From contig OZ176054.1 in NCBI GenBank assembly GCA_964247055.1, forward strand, positions 6,944,001-7,008,000: a stretch of 64,000 nucleotides of DNA, read 5' to 3'. How positions within the stretch are numbered: the first letter of the stretch is position 1; each line of letters begins with the position of its first letter. The position numbers and the translations under genes are program-made. A model generated the notes under the pieces. The model was not told where the DNA came from. It did no database searches and saw only the letters and a program-made list of their open reading frames with translations. Below, in pieces: positions 37,962 to 51,290 of this stretch. This DNA comes from Paragordius varius (Eukaryota; Animalia; Nematomorpha).

Positions 37962-40900
37962 CCAAATATTTGGTTTATATCCATCTTAATAAATTTAATA
38001 TTAATATATTAGAAATAATTATTTTTCCTTCTAAAAAAAATCCCGATACCCATATTTAACCGAGTCATTTTAACAATTGGCGTCATAAAAAAGTATCCCT
38101 TGTAATTAATTTTAAATTTATATTTTAGCCACTATTAGTCCCAACACAGGTGTTATCATGCAAACTTTTTTCTTTGAACTGATTGGAAAATTGGACAAAA
38201 TTATTATCCGGAGTCCAGTATTGATTTTACTGACATTGGTATAATTTTTTGGATTAAAATTATGATGACTAAATATTATACATTTATAATGTATTTTTAT
38301 ACAGACAAAACATGAAAACTAAAAGTCAAATATTATTTAAAAAAGACAACTATATTTTATTTTTTGTTTTTCCCACATAAACTATTTAATTACAGTTTTT
38401 AATCATATATTATGTATTAATAATTTACATATTTAATTATATTGCTACGCCACATATCTTAAGTGTCTTTTTTAATAAAATTTGTGTTTTTTACGTTTTG
38501 TGTGTTTAATTTTATTTTTTACTATCTAATGTATTTATATATTTTTGAAAAAAAAACATAACATAAATATCTTGATAAAAAAACTTGGGAATATGTTTTA
38601 TAATAAAGTTGGTATATTAATCTACCACTATGTATTGACAAATTTTCTTTATACGAACGCTTTAGAGTTCCTTTGAAGCATGGTATGGCTTAATGAATCC
38701 AAATTACAAACTCCGGGCCCGCATTGTTCAAATATTTTGCAGAGTTGTCAAATGTTACCGGTATTTTACATTCTTGTGAAAATGATTTATTTTACATATA
38801 AATTATTTGTTGGAATAATAACTATTATTTAAATAAAAAATATTTTAAATTTATTGTTATACATTTTAATAAAATTTAAAATTAAATAAAACCTAATTGT
38901 AAAAATTAAAAATGAATTTGATACCTATATATATAGAACATGTAGCAATAATTTATCATCAAAAATTGGGACTAATTTGACATTAAACTACAGTGCTGCT
39001 AATAATTTTAACGACAACGATTTAAGTGATCAAAGTATTGATATGAAACTCATTACATTTGTCCAACAATTGTTTCAAAATCGATCAATCGATAATTCTG
39101 ATCACCAAATTCCTGACTCATTATCGTGTCAGGGTGCATTATCCCTTAATAATTTTAGTAATAGTGGTAATAAAATTAACGATTTAATGTCACTCTATGA
39201 AATTATCTCGGTTTTAATAATATCCTCTCCACACTTGGACACCAATGTAAGATATTTTTAGTTGTTAGTTAGTTTGTCTTTTGGGTTATACTAATGGTTT
39301 AAAGTATTTGCATTAATTAAAATAATATTAATGCATAAATATTCTCAACAAATTGTTAGTTTTTTAGAAAAATTTATATTCCTTGTTTTGATTAACTTTG
39401 AATTCAAAACTCAATTTAATTGAGTTGCTTATAACTGTTATAATTATTTTTACATTTTAAATTTTAGACTAAGCGGAAATGTATGGAAGATCTTTTAAGC
39501 AATATAGCCAATCAATATACGTCCACGCTAAATATTTTAAATAATAATAACCAAAAGAATTGCGCCGATTATCGAATTTTGGTTGATAATCTTACAACCT
39601 TAATTAATTACACTATGTATGAATTTATATGTTGGTTTTGCTTTTACAATAAAAATTTAAAAGATAAAATTTAAGGACTAAAGGATAATTAATGTTTTTT
39701 TTATAAAAATTTCCATACTCGTTAAATCTTTTTTTATTATTATATAATCTTTACATTAATATATAGTGTGTTACCAATTTACAACTTTATTCCATATTTT
39801 GTGACCCGCAACGATAGATAATTAAAAAAACAACAGCTTTAAAAAGTATGGCTGTTTTTACAAAAAATATATTTCCTTGTAATTACAATTATTGAAATCT
39901 AATTATCTATTTTTATAACATTAGTGATGTTAAAAAGGCATTTTTCAACATGTTTTTAAATTTATTTCCCTATGTTAGCCGGACAACAAAAGCATTTAGC
40001 ACTCAAACAGTTATGTCCATGTTTGGGTTGGAACAAGCCTATTTAACGCTTCTCGGGATTTTTATGAATTCTCTCGATGCTTTGGATGTAAAATTGGGAT
40101 CATTGCAAAATACACCGTAATTTCTTTTTATATTACCAAAAATTTAAAAATGTATGTAATGGATTTAATTTATCATAACATATAATTATTTTTTACAATA
40201 GATAAATTTACTTTTTATATTCTTCCAACTTAATCAATAGAGGCATGGTCTATTATCAAACCGCACCATAATTAAACTGGAAATTTTTTTGACTAAATGC
40301 AAAAAAGACTGAGAAAATCAAAAAAATATATTTAAGTAATATTTTTCCAATCTAATTATATTTTTTGGTGTATTTTACCGTAATATAGCATTGGTTACCT
40401 ATATTTTAATTAAGTGATTTATGATATTCGTATAAATTTATACACTAATATATAATCCCATATATAGAAAAACAACCCTAACCAATTCCCAACATCCGAA
40501 TGAAGATCAATACATGAGCATACAGTATAAACTTTATAGTAATGTTCGACAATTTTTTCACATTATGCTGGTATGTTTATCGCCTGAAAAAATGTCCCCA
40601 AACATAATTTCTACAGCTTTTATGCGTTTCCTACAATTCAAGGGAGACCTTAAAAATCTTGGGGATCTAATTTCTTTATTCATACAAATTGCTTCAAAAT
40701 ATAAGGTAATTTAATTTTGAAGGTTGAATAGAGGTATCTTTAATTTCCACCATATAATTATAAAAACCTTTCGTTTTGATTTTGGATCCATTAAATAATT
40801 GTTTAGCCTAATATTTCGTTAAAATATTAATCTTTATTTTGCCATAATATAAACTGCAATACCCTTCTTCTGAAACTCTATATAAGTTAAATAATAAAAA

Positions 40901-43900
40901 AATGAAATAGAGGTATCGTGGTTTATAACCTTGATAAAAAGGCATTAATTATAACATCATCTATTAAGTTTATTTTATTAATTTATTTAATATTTTTCTA
41001 TTAGAAAAATTCGGATGCCTCATCATTCATACAAAATATATTTCTTCAATTGGTTCAATCGATATTGGAAATCCTTTCAAGTACGTATCATTTAACATGT
41101 GTTCTTACTTTTGTAAATTAGTGTAAAATTCGGTAAATAAATTTTTAAGTAACATTAACCCTTCATCCTTATTAATCGCAGACTAGTTTAGTCCTTTTTA
41201 AAGCTATTTAGTACAATAAGTTTTTTGAATATCGATCGTATTCGGATTTATGTTTTGCAAATCAATCATTATTTTAACTTTTTCGATTTGGTGACCCTAT
41301 TATTTTATTAATGTTATAATAAAGTAATAGAATTGTTTTTTTATTACAAAGTATTTATGTATGTACTTTTCAGAGCCTTTTCTACAGCAAGACGGGAATG
41401 ATACAAATGCAGTTCGGGATTACATTAATTTGCAACAATCTTTCTACAACATGTTAAACCATTTCTATCAAAATGAAAATGAGCTTTTTTCCCTACTTTT
41501 TTTGCGTATAATTTTTTACATATTACATCTTTGATATAATGTATATCACAGTTTTAATTTGTAATTTTATAAATTTCTCTGAAATAATCAATATTGTTTA
41601 AAAAACATAGAATATTTCTTGACTATGGGTATATGTCCAACGTAAAAATAAAACATTATTAAAAAATTATTTGATATGAAAAAAACATAAATATAAATAA
41701 AAAGAATATGGAGATTAGTGAATCCATGCTATAATTTTATAAAAATATAATATGCTTTTAGCGGATGCAAACATAATGCAAAACATAACTAAATGTGTAA
41801 TAAATGGCGCTTTGGACATTGAACAACCGGTGGTAAGAATATATATATTTGCAAAATTTTGGGCTTAAAAAATAAAAATATTTAATGTAAATAAATTTCA
41901 TTTGAAATGATTTGAGCCTTCGCATATATAAGCTTGTTTAAAAGGTCATTTGTGGACATATTTTAAAGTTTTTACCCTAATCTTTTTGAAACAATGGTAT
42001 ATAAGCTTTTCATAGATAGTTTATATATTTAAAGTATTTAATTGATAATTTATAAACATTTTAAGTTATTCTTCAGTAGAAAAAGAATTTAATTGCCATT
42101 AAAATAATAATAAGTTATACATATCTTATTTATTATTTCTGCAATATGTGAGGCGTAAGTTTGAAGAGTTTGTAAAATTTATTTTCAATCAATGTTGATA
42201 ATTTAGTTTTATTTACTCAGCAATTCCGTTAACTCATAATTATTCGTGTACAATTGAAACCAAAACAAAAGTTTCTATGTGAATTAGTTTTTTTTGATTT
42301 TATAAATAACATTTTTTTGTAGACTCAGAAGATTTGTCTTTCTTTGCTACGGAAAATGATTGACTTATATGGTATCCTCATTCACATTTTAAATAATTTT
42401 GTGCTTTAAATAGTTTATAATATACCATAATTTTTTACAGTTAGTATAGTTTACATTATTATAATAATAAAGATAATAAAATAAAATGTTCGGTTTTTTA
42501 CCTGAAATCGAATGAAATGTATTCTGATAAATAATTTGCCAAAAAAAATAAAAAAAATGTCATTTCTTGTAACTGTGTTGAAAAATACTAAAATTTTGTA
42601 GCGATTAATACTATAGTTTTTAAATTAAGTTCATGTGCATTTTTCTCCCATAAAATATGCTTCCATTTTATTAGTAAACTAATAAATATTGATAATTTTA
42701 TAATATTTTTACTTTTTGCTTTTATTAGGTCAATCTCAAGAAAATCCAAATGCCGCAATATTTATGAATTATCTTAACACATCCTCTTGCTTGCAATCAT
42801 TATTTCGTTTTCCCCTTAACCCCCAATGTAATCTTAAAGATGCTCAAACTATCCAGGTCTAAATTTATATTTTTTTCGATGAAAGAAATTTAAAATAAGT
42901 TTGTTTTTAATTTTACTTTACCTATTTAATGATTTGTATTGTATTAACAGGCGCTAAATGAATGGAGTTTATGTTTGCAATTTTTACACTCTAAATGGGT
43001 ATGATATTGGTTTTTTATTTAATTATCAAAAGGCGAAATTATATTTTAATTCACATTATAACTCAACTTTTTATATGGACACAAAAGATGATTTTCCCTA
43101 AAAAGCATAAATTTATTTCATGTTTTACTGTATAATTAGCCCAATATTATTAAATGTCATGATGATATTCTTATATGTGACGTCTCGATGAATTCATGTT
43201 TGAATAAATTGTAAATGGATGGTAAAACTAAATGAATACAGTGAATTTTAAGATAAAATATACAAAGTAAAAGACAGATAATTTTGATATTTTCTGTATT
43301 GCTTTGCGGGTTAATTTAACACTATACTTTGAATCCTCTATTCCACTTAAATTGATGTTTACATCAAAATAAAAATATATGGTGAAAATATTAGTATAGC
43401 TTTAAAGATATTTATATTATAATATATCCACAGACGTTAGCGGTTGATAGCTCGGAATTTAATTGACGTTAAATTTAAGCATTATATAATTTTAAATTTT
43501 TAATATTTAATATTCCTAATATAGGGTAACGTATTTGATGAGTATCTATCAACCCAGATAATTCCTTCAATTTTGGGATCACAAAATCAAGCAAAGGTTT
43601 GGTTTATTTCATGACTTTTTAAATTTATTTAAAACATATTATCATATCGTATACAAAAAAATTATCATATAAAAGTTAGCTAAAATGGTTTGATTATATG
43701 TAAAACCCATTTATCGAAGTTTTAACCATTAATCTGCTTTTTTGATTTAAACGATGGATGTGTTAAATATTCATTTAATTATTAATATGATTATTTCTTT
43801 GGGCGTTAATCCAATTATTTTTAAAACAAAAATGATATTACAAGTTTTTTTGGTGGTGGTTTAAAAGATCTGAAACCCTATAGTCAGAAATTCTATTTTA

Positions 43901-44122
43901 ATATATCTTAATATTATTTTTTATGTATAGGAGCAATTTATCACTGCATTGAAAACTTTGGATAACAAAGCTTTTAAGACGTTTTTAAAGGTAATATAAT
44001 TTTTCTAAATAACTAAAACTTCTTTCAACATTTATATAATAGATTAGATTGGATCTTTATTACTATTTAAGATTTAAATTTTTTATTTGTAGGATTTTTA
44101 TACCCAACTCAAAGCAGTTTGA
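31562..44122 (+). CDS. XPOT: Exportin-T (tRNA exportin), multi-exon (roughly 25 exons)
   Basis: Collinear motifs: IDIYLRIIMAIHTDIVDK, LIKDKLR, SWVDITLCVNDQ, ELLNKKMEP, SRTTKAFS, HIMLVCL, TQKICLSLLRKMIDLYG, LKDAQTIQ|ALNE, EQFITALKTLDNKAFKTFLK|DFYTQLKAV*. First exons 31562-31573, 31597-31676, 31700-32147; last exon 44093-44122. Some internal junctions (e.g. near 37.3-37.6 kb) were not resolved. Confidence 0.92.
31574..31596 (+). other. 23-nt intron (XPOT intron 1)
   Basis: GTTGTT...ATTTAG contains an in-frame TAA; removal joins MDIQ to VYKYFESLKK. Confidence 0.8.
31677..31699 (+). other. 23-nt intron (XPOT intron 2)
   Basis: GTTATA...GTGTAG; removal moves ORF 31597 into the frame of ORF 31692 (SGDEILFLCFNIL). 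Confidence 0.85.
32940..32990. mobile_element. MITE family B fragment (left end only)
   Basis: TATA|CCATTC...TTGAACAATTCAAATTCACCCTAAAAATAATTTAT. Confidence 0.55.
33346..33368 (+). other. 23-nt intron (XPOT internal)
   Basis: GTTTGA...GCTTAG; this donor restores VSKLIG (FSKLVNG-like), whereas the alternative donor at 33342 runs into a stop. Confidence 0.7.
34395..34644. mobile_element. MITE family B, copy 4
   Basis: TA|CCATTTAC...GTAAATGG|TA; internal TTTTAAGATTAAAA and AATAAACTATGCCAT shared with 9943-10186. Confidence 0.78.
37936..37961. repeat. (TA)n microsatellite, about 13 units
   Basis: Direct reading. Confidence 0.9.
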
Positions 44123-44772
44123 GAAACCATCAATTTTACTAATGGGTGTGCGTTATAGTGATTTGGAGATAGCAAATAGATAGATAAAAAATCAAACAAA
44201 TTGGAAATAAATTTTTTATTTATTATAGTATTGTTTTTAACGTTTTTAACATTTCGTTATAATTTTGCTTAATCTTCTTTTCAGGGCAAGGAAATATTTT
44301 TATATTCAATAATGGGCTAAAAGGCGTACTATGGAATTTGCGCATAATTTATAAAATTTTAATAATATAAAATTGTAAAAAAAACTTATTTTAAACCTTT
44401 TGCTGTCAATTTTTTTTGATGATTTTGCCAACAAAATTTATTGTGGAAAAAAATATATTTTAGTAACTTTATCTAATTGATTGTTATTTAGAATTAAATT
44501 ATTGATAAAAATTTATTATTAATAACTTTAATCCAATAAAAATTTATTTGGAAGCAAGTAAGTTTTAAATTTTTTTATTTTTATACAACAACCAACTTAC
44601 CAGGTATAATAATTATCGGTTTAACTAAGAGCACAACCTCAGTGCAAAGTAAGCAGGCGATTATTTTTATTTTGTTTATCTAACATATAACGGCAAACAC
44701 ACACACACGTTGAGTAGTTATTACGAATTTTATGCATGAAAACGAACATTTACTGCACGCATTGCTGTTCAT

Positions 44773-45907
44773 CCAGGTATCCAGAAAAGGGTGTGACAGG
44801 CATGGTTTCAACCGCCAATGTCCACACAGGACGACCCTTACCGCCTTCCTGCGCTTTTACATGCTTCAGGGCAGGGGAACGCCACTTCCTTGTGGGTACT
44901 TCTAAGGGTATATACAGTAAAACATGTAGTGCAACAGATAAATTAAAAATGATACTAATATTAAATTATATGCAATTCACCCCCTATCAAAGTATTTAAG
45001 GTTACAGTCAACCACAAACTATCCCCTACCGGATCCGCCCTTTTTGCAGATAGTCTTTGAAGGCGGCGCTCGCGTCGAGCTGGCGTTTGGCGTAATGGAG
45101 TCACTCCTCTTCCTTTAATATTTTTTTCTAATTTGATTGCATCTATTTTTCCAACCCCCATTTAGCACTAGAGTGACAAAGTCTGTCTCCGCAAGGCCCA
45201 CACGCTGCAGGAAAACACACATACGTCCAAGCCATGTTTTCTTGTACTTCCAGTAGACTGGGCAGGCATCAAGCTTCCATTCCAAAACTCCCTTAAGCGG
45301 GCTCATTTCATTAAAGCGCAGCTGATTCAGACTTGACAACTATATTCCCAGCTAGAGAGGCAAGGTATCGGTTTTTAAGTGAAGTTTACAAATGGCAAGT
45401 TGGCACCGTGTTTTCTTAGTGATATCACCTGTGATGACTCTCATCGATTTATTTTTAAATACCTGAGCTCGGGTATGCTTGATAGAATTTGGCTACACCG
45501 ACAAGCCATATAGAATTCTAGGAAGGATTAGGCTTTTAAATATTTTTATCTTCATCTTTTGGCCAACCTCTTTTGAGCGCCATAAACAGTGTAAACCCCC
45601 AAATATGAGCTTTGCGGAATGCAATCTGAGTGGAGGTGAGTTAATGGAGCATCCGTTTTTGTCCACCATAACCCCCAGGTATCGAAAGGACTCCACAACC
45701 CAAGCTCCCCTAACAGTGTTGAACTTCCTCATATCAGACCGACCTACTACCATCACTTTTGACTTATCAACATTTACTGCACGCATTGCTTTTGATATTA
45801 TGTCAGAATGAAAGTCATTGTTTGCTCGTAGAAACATATGGAGACATGGTCGCTTAAAACCTGTGAAACATGGTTTCGAAAATTCCAAAGTTGGATATCA
45901 ACGTGAA
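44773..45907 (-). mobile_element. 5'-truncated RTE-like LINE (RT C-terminus plus 3' UTR)
   Basis: VNVDKSKVMVVG, VESFRYLG, KIKIFKSLILPRILYG (ORF 45493..45888) continue into SPLKGVLEWKL...KKTW (ORF 45115..45339). Confidence 0.85.
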
Positions 45908-46562
45908 AGGTATTTTTAAATAAATCGTCGAAAGTCATCACAGGTAATATCTACTTCAAGAAAACACGGTACCAGCTCGCCACTTATAAGCTTCACTTGT
46001 AGACCGATACCTTGCCTCTCGTGCTGGGAATACCGTTGTCAAGTCTGAATGTGGCGGCTCATTAACTACGCCATAATGAAATGAGCCCGCTTAAGGCAGC
46101 TCTGGAATGGAAACTTGATGCCTGCCCAGCCTACTAGAAGTACAAGAAAACATAGCTTGTGCGTATGTGTTTTCCTGCAGCGTGCGGCCTTGCGAAGACA
46201 GATTTTGTTACCCTAGTGTTAAATGGGGGTTGGAAAAATAGATGCAGTCAAATTAAGAAACTTGTTAGAGGAAGAGGAGACTTAATTACGCCAAACGTCA
46301 GTGTCGACGCGAGCACCGCCTTAAGACTATGCAAAAAGGGCGGATCCTGTGGGGGATAGTTTGTGGTTAACTCTGTTCTTAAATATTTTGATAGGGGATA
46401 AATTGCATGATTTAATACTATTGTATTTAATATCTGTTGAGCCATGTTTTCCTCTATATACCCTTAGTGGCCTTCCCCTGCCTCGAAGTGTGTAAAAGTG
46501 TAGGAAGGCCGTAAGGGTCGTCCTGTGAGGGTTGGATGCCTTTCACACCCCTAGATACCTGG
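45908..46562 (+). mobile_element. Second, shorter LINE 3' segment, inverted relative to 44773-45464
   Basis: Reverse-complement match throughout, roughly 80% by eye; both ORF remnants read TDFVTLVLNGGWKNRC; both end at GATACCTGG. Confidence 0.88.
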
Positions 46563-49500
46563 TTAATTGAGCGCTCTAGTAAACTACACAACTGAGACGA
46601 TTAGTAAAGGAGTTATTTGATGATGAATCGACATAAATTTAGCGGCAATCGGCATGCATCACAAAAAAATCAGTACACATTTACGAACAATGGGAAAACA
46701 ATAAACTCGGTAAATGGGTCCCGCACAATTTAAATGAACGACAAGTAGAATACAAAATGACTTGTGAAATCATCATTTAACGTCACGAAGGGAAATTATA
46801 TCTGCATCAAATTATAATGGGTGTGAGTGGGTTTTTGTAAATTCAAGGCGAATAATGCTAAGTTTCATCTTGCAGGTCTATCAACGTGAATTCAGTAAGA
46901 ATACCATGATCTGTGTTTGATGAGACCTGAGCTATATGTAAAATCTGGTGAAACCCTTAATCAACAACGCTATCGCTAGCAAGTGAACAATGTATTTATT
47001 AAAAAAAGACCAAAATTTTTACATGAAAATGCTTCGTCTCAGAGAACGAAATCAGCGAAAGACACCTAATTTTTTAATGCAAAACTCTTCACTATCCGCT
47101 TTACACTCCTGGCCTTAAATTTGGTTCTTACCTCTTTGTATTAATGGGAGACACACGTTCAGAGCCTCAATAATTTCAGAGACGGCGGATAATGGCTTGC
47201 AAATGGTTTGGCCTAAAAGACGAACAGTTTTCTGAGAGAATGGTGAAATATGTAGCTGATTGACAATAGTTTATATTAAATAATTGATTTTCTTTCAAAA
47301 TACATGTTCACAAACGATAATGACTTATGACTCTACCTGGTATTGAAATAAAATCATCATAAACTTTTTTTGGCATAAATTTTCCGTAGAGAACAATGAT
47401 TAAATTTATATGGATGTTAATTAAATATTAACTGCAAAAAGAAACCCCAGCCTATAGATAAATATGTTGTCCTACTGATACCTCCCCGTGGTGATGGCTA
47501 GATCATTTTTAGTGATTTAACCTGCCAGTTTTGGATATCATGCAAAATCTCTACTAAGGAGTTTTTTCACTAGGTGGGAATGTGAAAAGTATACATCTCA
47601 TCTCAACTTATAATATACCATATATTCTTTAATTTTGTAATTTAATTACCACCCCCATTTAATTATAGAAAAATCTTTGCTTGTTTAAAAGTTATCAAAA
47701 ACCTGATATACTTTTAAAGATAATATTCAGTACTGCAAGGACTTATCAATTTCGTAATTCACTTATTTTCAATAAATTTTATCATGTATATATTTCTTTA
47801 AATTTTTAAGTTATTTCAGATGTTGAAAATGTAAACAAATGTGAAATTGGTTTAGGTTGATTGTATCTTTGTAGTTTATATTGGCACCTTGTAATGGCCA
47901 ATCCAAATTTTTTAAATATAAATACAATGTAGTATATATTTATTGTTGGTGAGTACGTGATCATAAAAAATATTTTTTTGTTTATTTAAAAAACAAAATA
48001 ATTTGTACATATTATAATAAAATACGCAAATTTAAAACTGAAGTTAATATTTTAAAAAACCACAAAATGCGCTGCTATCCGGATATTTTTATTGTTTCGT
48101 AGGATGTGAAGTTGTGCTTAATATAAAACACTGATCTATAAACTGAAACCAAAAATTAATCCTTAAAATTTTAAACAGTGAATATTGTTATTTAAACTAT
48201 TTAAAAGATAAGTGTTTGTGAAAATTTAAAGATCAGTAATTTATATAAACTGAACCTAAACCAATTTTTAAATGTATTTACTGATTTATTTTTTGCATAT
48301 ACTAATACATATCTAAGTGGTATGGTATACCACACTATCTCTAATGATTATATGGTGTATTTTAAAAAATATATAAAAAATGATGCAATAATATATACAT
48401 GTAAAGTAATTTAAATGTAGAAAAAGGGATAGAGAGTTGCTTATTTATACTATTTGATGAATAAAACAATATTAATTAAATATAACTGTAGTTTCCGTTT
48501 TCATTTTACATTTTCATATGTACAGTAAAAACCGATACATCATTCTGGCCATATCTTTTTTTCCATTAAACAAATTATTTTTATTGTGAAACTTCCAGTT
48601 GGATATGGGAAATTGTGCAATTTTATATGTTTTAAAATGATTTTTATATTAAAATTATCAATAATGGTGATTATAAACACATACCTAACAAGATATATTT
48701 ATATGTTAATGTACTCTATGTAAAAAATCATATTGATTTGTAATTTTGCACAAATTCTTAATAATTATGGAATCATGAGAATGGAATTTAATGAATTCAG
48801 CGGAGAACACCACACAAAAATTTGTTATACATATATTAATTTGTTTACAAAATACATTATAAAATATTATTTAATTACATTATATTGATAATACACCTGT
48901 CTTACTCATAAAATTTAGGTTTGTTAAATTAAAAACCTAATGAACACACCCTTATTCCATATTTTTTACTGATATATCTATTTGAATGTACAAGCGTTGA
49001 TATTTGAACAATAAATTTTACTTGGGTTTAATGTAAAATAAAATTTCTTTCTGAGGTAAGCTAAACAACCGATTTTAGACAAAAACCTTATTAATGAAAA
49101 GACATTTTATATTTAAAATCGCTTACACGAAATCTGATAGTAGTTATCCAAAAAATTTTGATAAATATGTGGTTTTTAATTTGACCTCAAAATTTATTTG
49201 CAGTTCCGTTTTCCCTTCCTTTTTAACATTAATAAAAAACTAAAAATTTATCATGCGGCAAAACAGTAAGGTTTTAGCATTATTTTATATGATGACAGTA
49301 GTATACATAAATTTTTATTTCTGGTTTTAATAGATATATATATATATAATTTATAGGTAAGGGAAAAATTTTTTTTATATGTGTATGTTTTTCATTCATA
49401 TTGTTTAAAAATATTAAAATTTAAAAAAGAAAATTATGTATAGTTGAGAGGAGTGTTTTGGTGTAAATAAACTTCCGGTGTTTTATATAGTATTTTATGA

Positions 49501-50207
49501 TAAAGGGAGAGAGAGAGAGGAAAAAAGATGAGAGATAAAAATTGTAGCAAAGCAAAAAAACACACATGCATGATTATTTAAAGATGTTTATGTATATATA
49601 TTTTGTATACAATTTTATACACAAACTGCTTGCTTATATATGTTAAAAAATTTAATGAACCATTTCTTCGCCCCTCTCCTCTCTCTTTTTTGTTTTCCAC
49701 CAAAGTTTGAAGCAAAAAAACGAAAAAAATTAGTATGTCCAATATAAATTTAAAGAGTATAAATTTTAGACTAAAAAAGCGTTTAGAACTCTACCGATAT
49801 TTATGTGACGTGTCTAGAAATTTTAACTTTTTGCACCTTTACAACAACATAAAAAATAAATGGTAAAATTAGGAATATTTATTAAAAAACATTTTTACAA
49901 TATATATTTGAGACTTTTTTGATAACTTTAGTATATGCGTATAACATAAATGCTTTATAAATCTTGTCATGGTTAATTTACCTAAAAATTTACACCGTGT
50001 CTAATTTTTGGCAATATTTGGTTGGAAGTTTTTGGACTCGTCTTTATAATACTTAATGAAATTGAGAAGATTACATGTGGTAAGACATAAAAATGCATAT
50101 GATATTCGGATTCCAAAAAACTCTTTCTATGGCAGTGAGTTTAACAAGATGATGACTGACCGATGAATACTATTCTTTCCACCTTTGCAACATTAAAACA
50201 AACTAAT

Positions 50208-51290
50208 TTAGCCAAAGTCCTCATTGTATTTGTTACTAGACGATAATAATTGTGATTTAAATTTAGTTTTGTTGATATTGCGATGGGTTTGATGGGTATC
50301 ATCATCGTTCCTTGTTTTTTGGGTTTTAGGAAGGGTAACATGATGGGAATTTGGATTTGGGTCACTTAAAATTGGTAAACCACAAATAGAGCATATTTTG
50401 CCCCGTCTGTCAAACAGATGTTGAGTATTGTGGGTCTGAGTTATTTTATTGGAATTCTGTGCAACTACTGCTTTAGATGATTTTGCAATGGCAGCTTTTT
50501 TCTTGATATACTTGTATAGATTGCTGGCATAGTGAAATGGTATATATAGAATTACGATGGGGCATACAATACAGTAACATGTGGTTAACAGTCCACGCTT
50601 CAGCGTATTTTTGTGATCATGTGAACCGCCGTTTTTCGTCTTCCGATGCGATTGTTGTTGATGTTGATCAATTTTTGTCCGGTGCTTATGTTTAATTTTG
50701 TGATGGAATGTTATTCCTGGGCTGGGTGGTTCCGAAGAGATAATAGAGGTCGATGAGGGGCTGGAAACACTGTTGGCATATCCTGAACTAAATACATCTG
50801 AGGAATAATTTTCATCCATATCATGCATACGTGGATCGGGATAATTTATGGAATCAAAGCTTTCATCATCTTCCTCGTATAAGGGGATACAATGATGCAG
50901 TAGCAGTTTAAGGCCACATGCGCATGTTATTGCATCTATAAAGGTATCGATTGAAACATTTACCCTATTACGGAAAAATCGTTTGGACGTGCTGGTAGTG
51001 TCCGTAAAATGTGTTGGATCGATAAATGAATGAGGGGGTATAACCGTTTGTGTTCGGGATTTTCGAGAAGCAACGAAAGCATTCCCATTCGAAGTGATGT
51101 TACTACGGATTTTATGAGTTGATTTAGTAGATTGCGTTGTATAAAAATCCCAAATGGGATTATTGATTGAGCAATGGCATACATTGGTAGAATTGAATGA
51201 ATTTGGAATACAAGCTTTTATCTTGTCCGGAAAGAATATGGTAGGATTAGTATTTTGCTTTTTGAATTTGGAATCAGTGGCATTATCCAT
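50208..51290 (-). CDS. Divergent Sprouty-family-like protein, 360 aa, intronless CDS
   Basis: SIDTFIDAITCACGLKLLLHHC followed by EEDDE resembles the Sprouty Cys-rich signature (DYGTCVCCVKGLFYHC..DDED). IVCPIVILYIP resembles LFLPCLWCYLP. A splice-acceptor-like TTATTTACAG lies 4 nt upstream of the ATG. The coding call is strong; the family call is from memory. Confidence 0.62.
   Translation of the reverse strand: MDNATDSKFKKQNTNPTIFFPDKIKACIPNSFNSTNVCHCSINNPIWDFYTTQSTKSTHKIRSNITSNGNAFVASRKSRTQTVIPPHSFIDPTHFTDTTSTSKRFFRNRVNVSIDTFIDAITCACGLKLLLHHCIPLYEEDDESFDSINYPDPRMHDMDENYSSDVFSSGYANSVSSPSSTSIISSEPPSPGITFHHKIKHKHRTKIDQHQQQSHRKTKNGGSHDHKNTLKRGLLTTCYCIVCPIVILYIPFHYASNLYKYIKKKAAIAKSSKAVVAQNSNKITQTHNTQHLFDRRGKICSICGLPILSDPNPNSHHVTLPKTQKTRNDDDTHQTHRNINKTKFKSQLLSSSNKYNEDFG

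Larger units (their letters stand above)
44600..47340 (+). mobile_element. mariner transposon relic, split by the inverted LINE pair
   Basis: TA|CCAGGT...ACCTGG|TA ends with degenerate TIRs. N-terminus TNFMHENEHLLHALLF at 44723-44770. After 46563: GKWVPHNL, NTMICV, FLHENA and a YTPGL variant of YSPDL; many stops and deletions. Confidence 0.85.

Noticed and set aside
44775-44880. Possible hammerhead ribozyme in the LINE 3' UTR (minus strand CTGAAG...GAAAC)
   Set aside because: Core is CTGAAGC rather than CTGANGA, is not conserved in the other arm, and no convincing stems.
50141-51184. Short alternate-frame ORFs 50141..50365 and 50960..51184
   Set aside because: Overlap the 360-aa ORF on the same strand; no homology cues.
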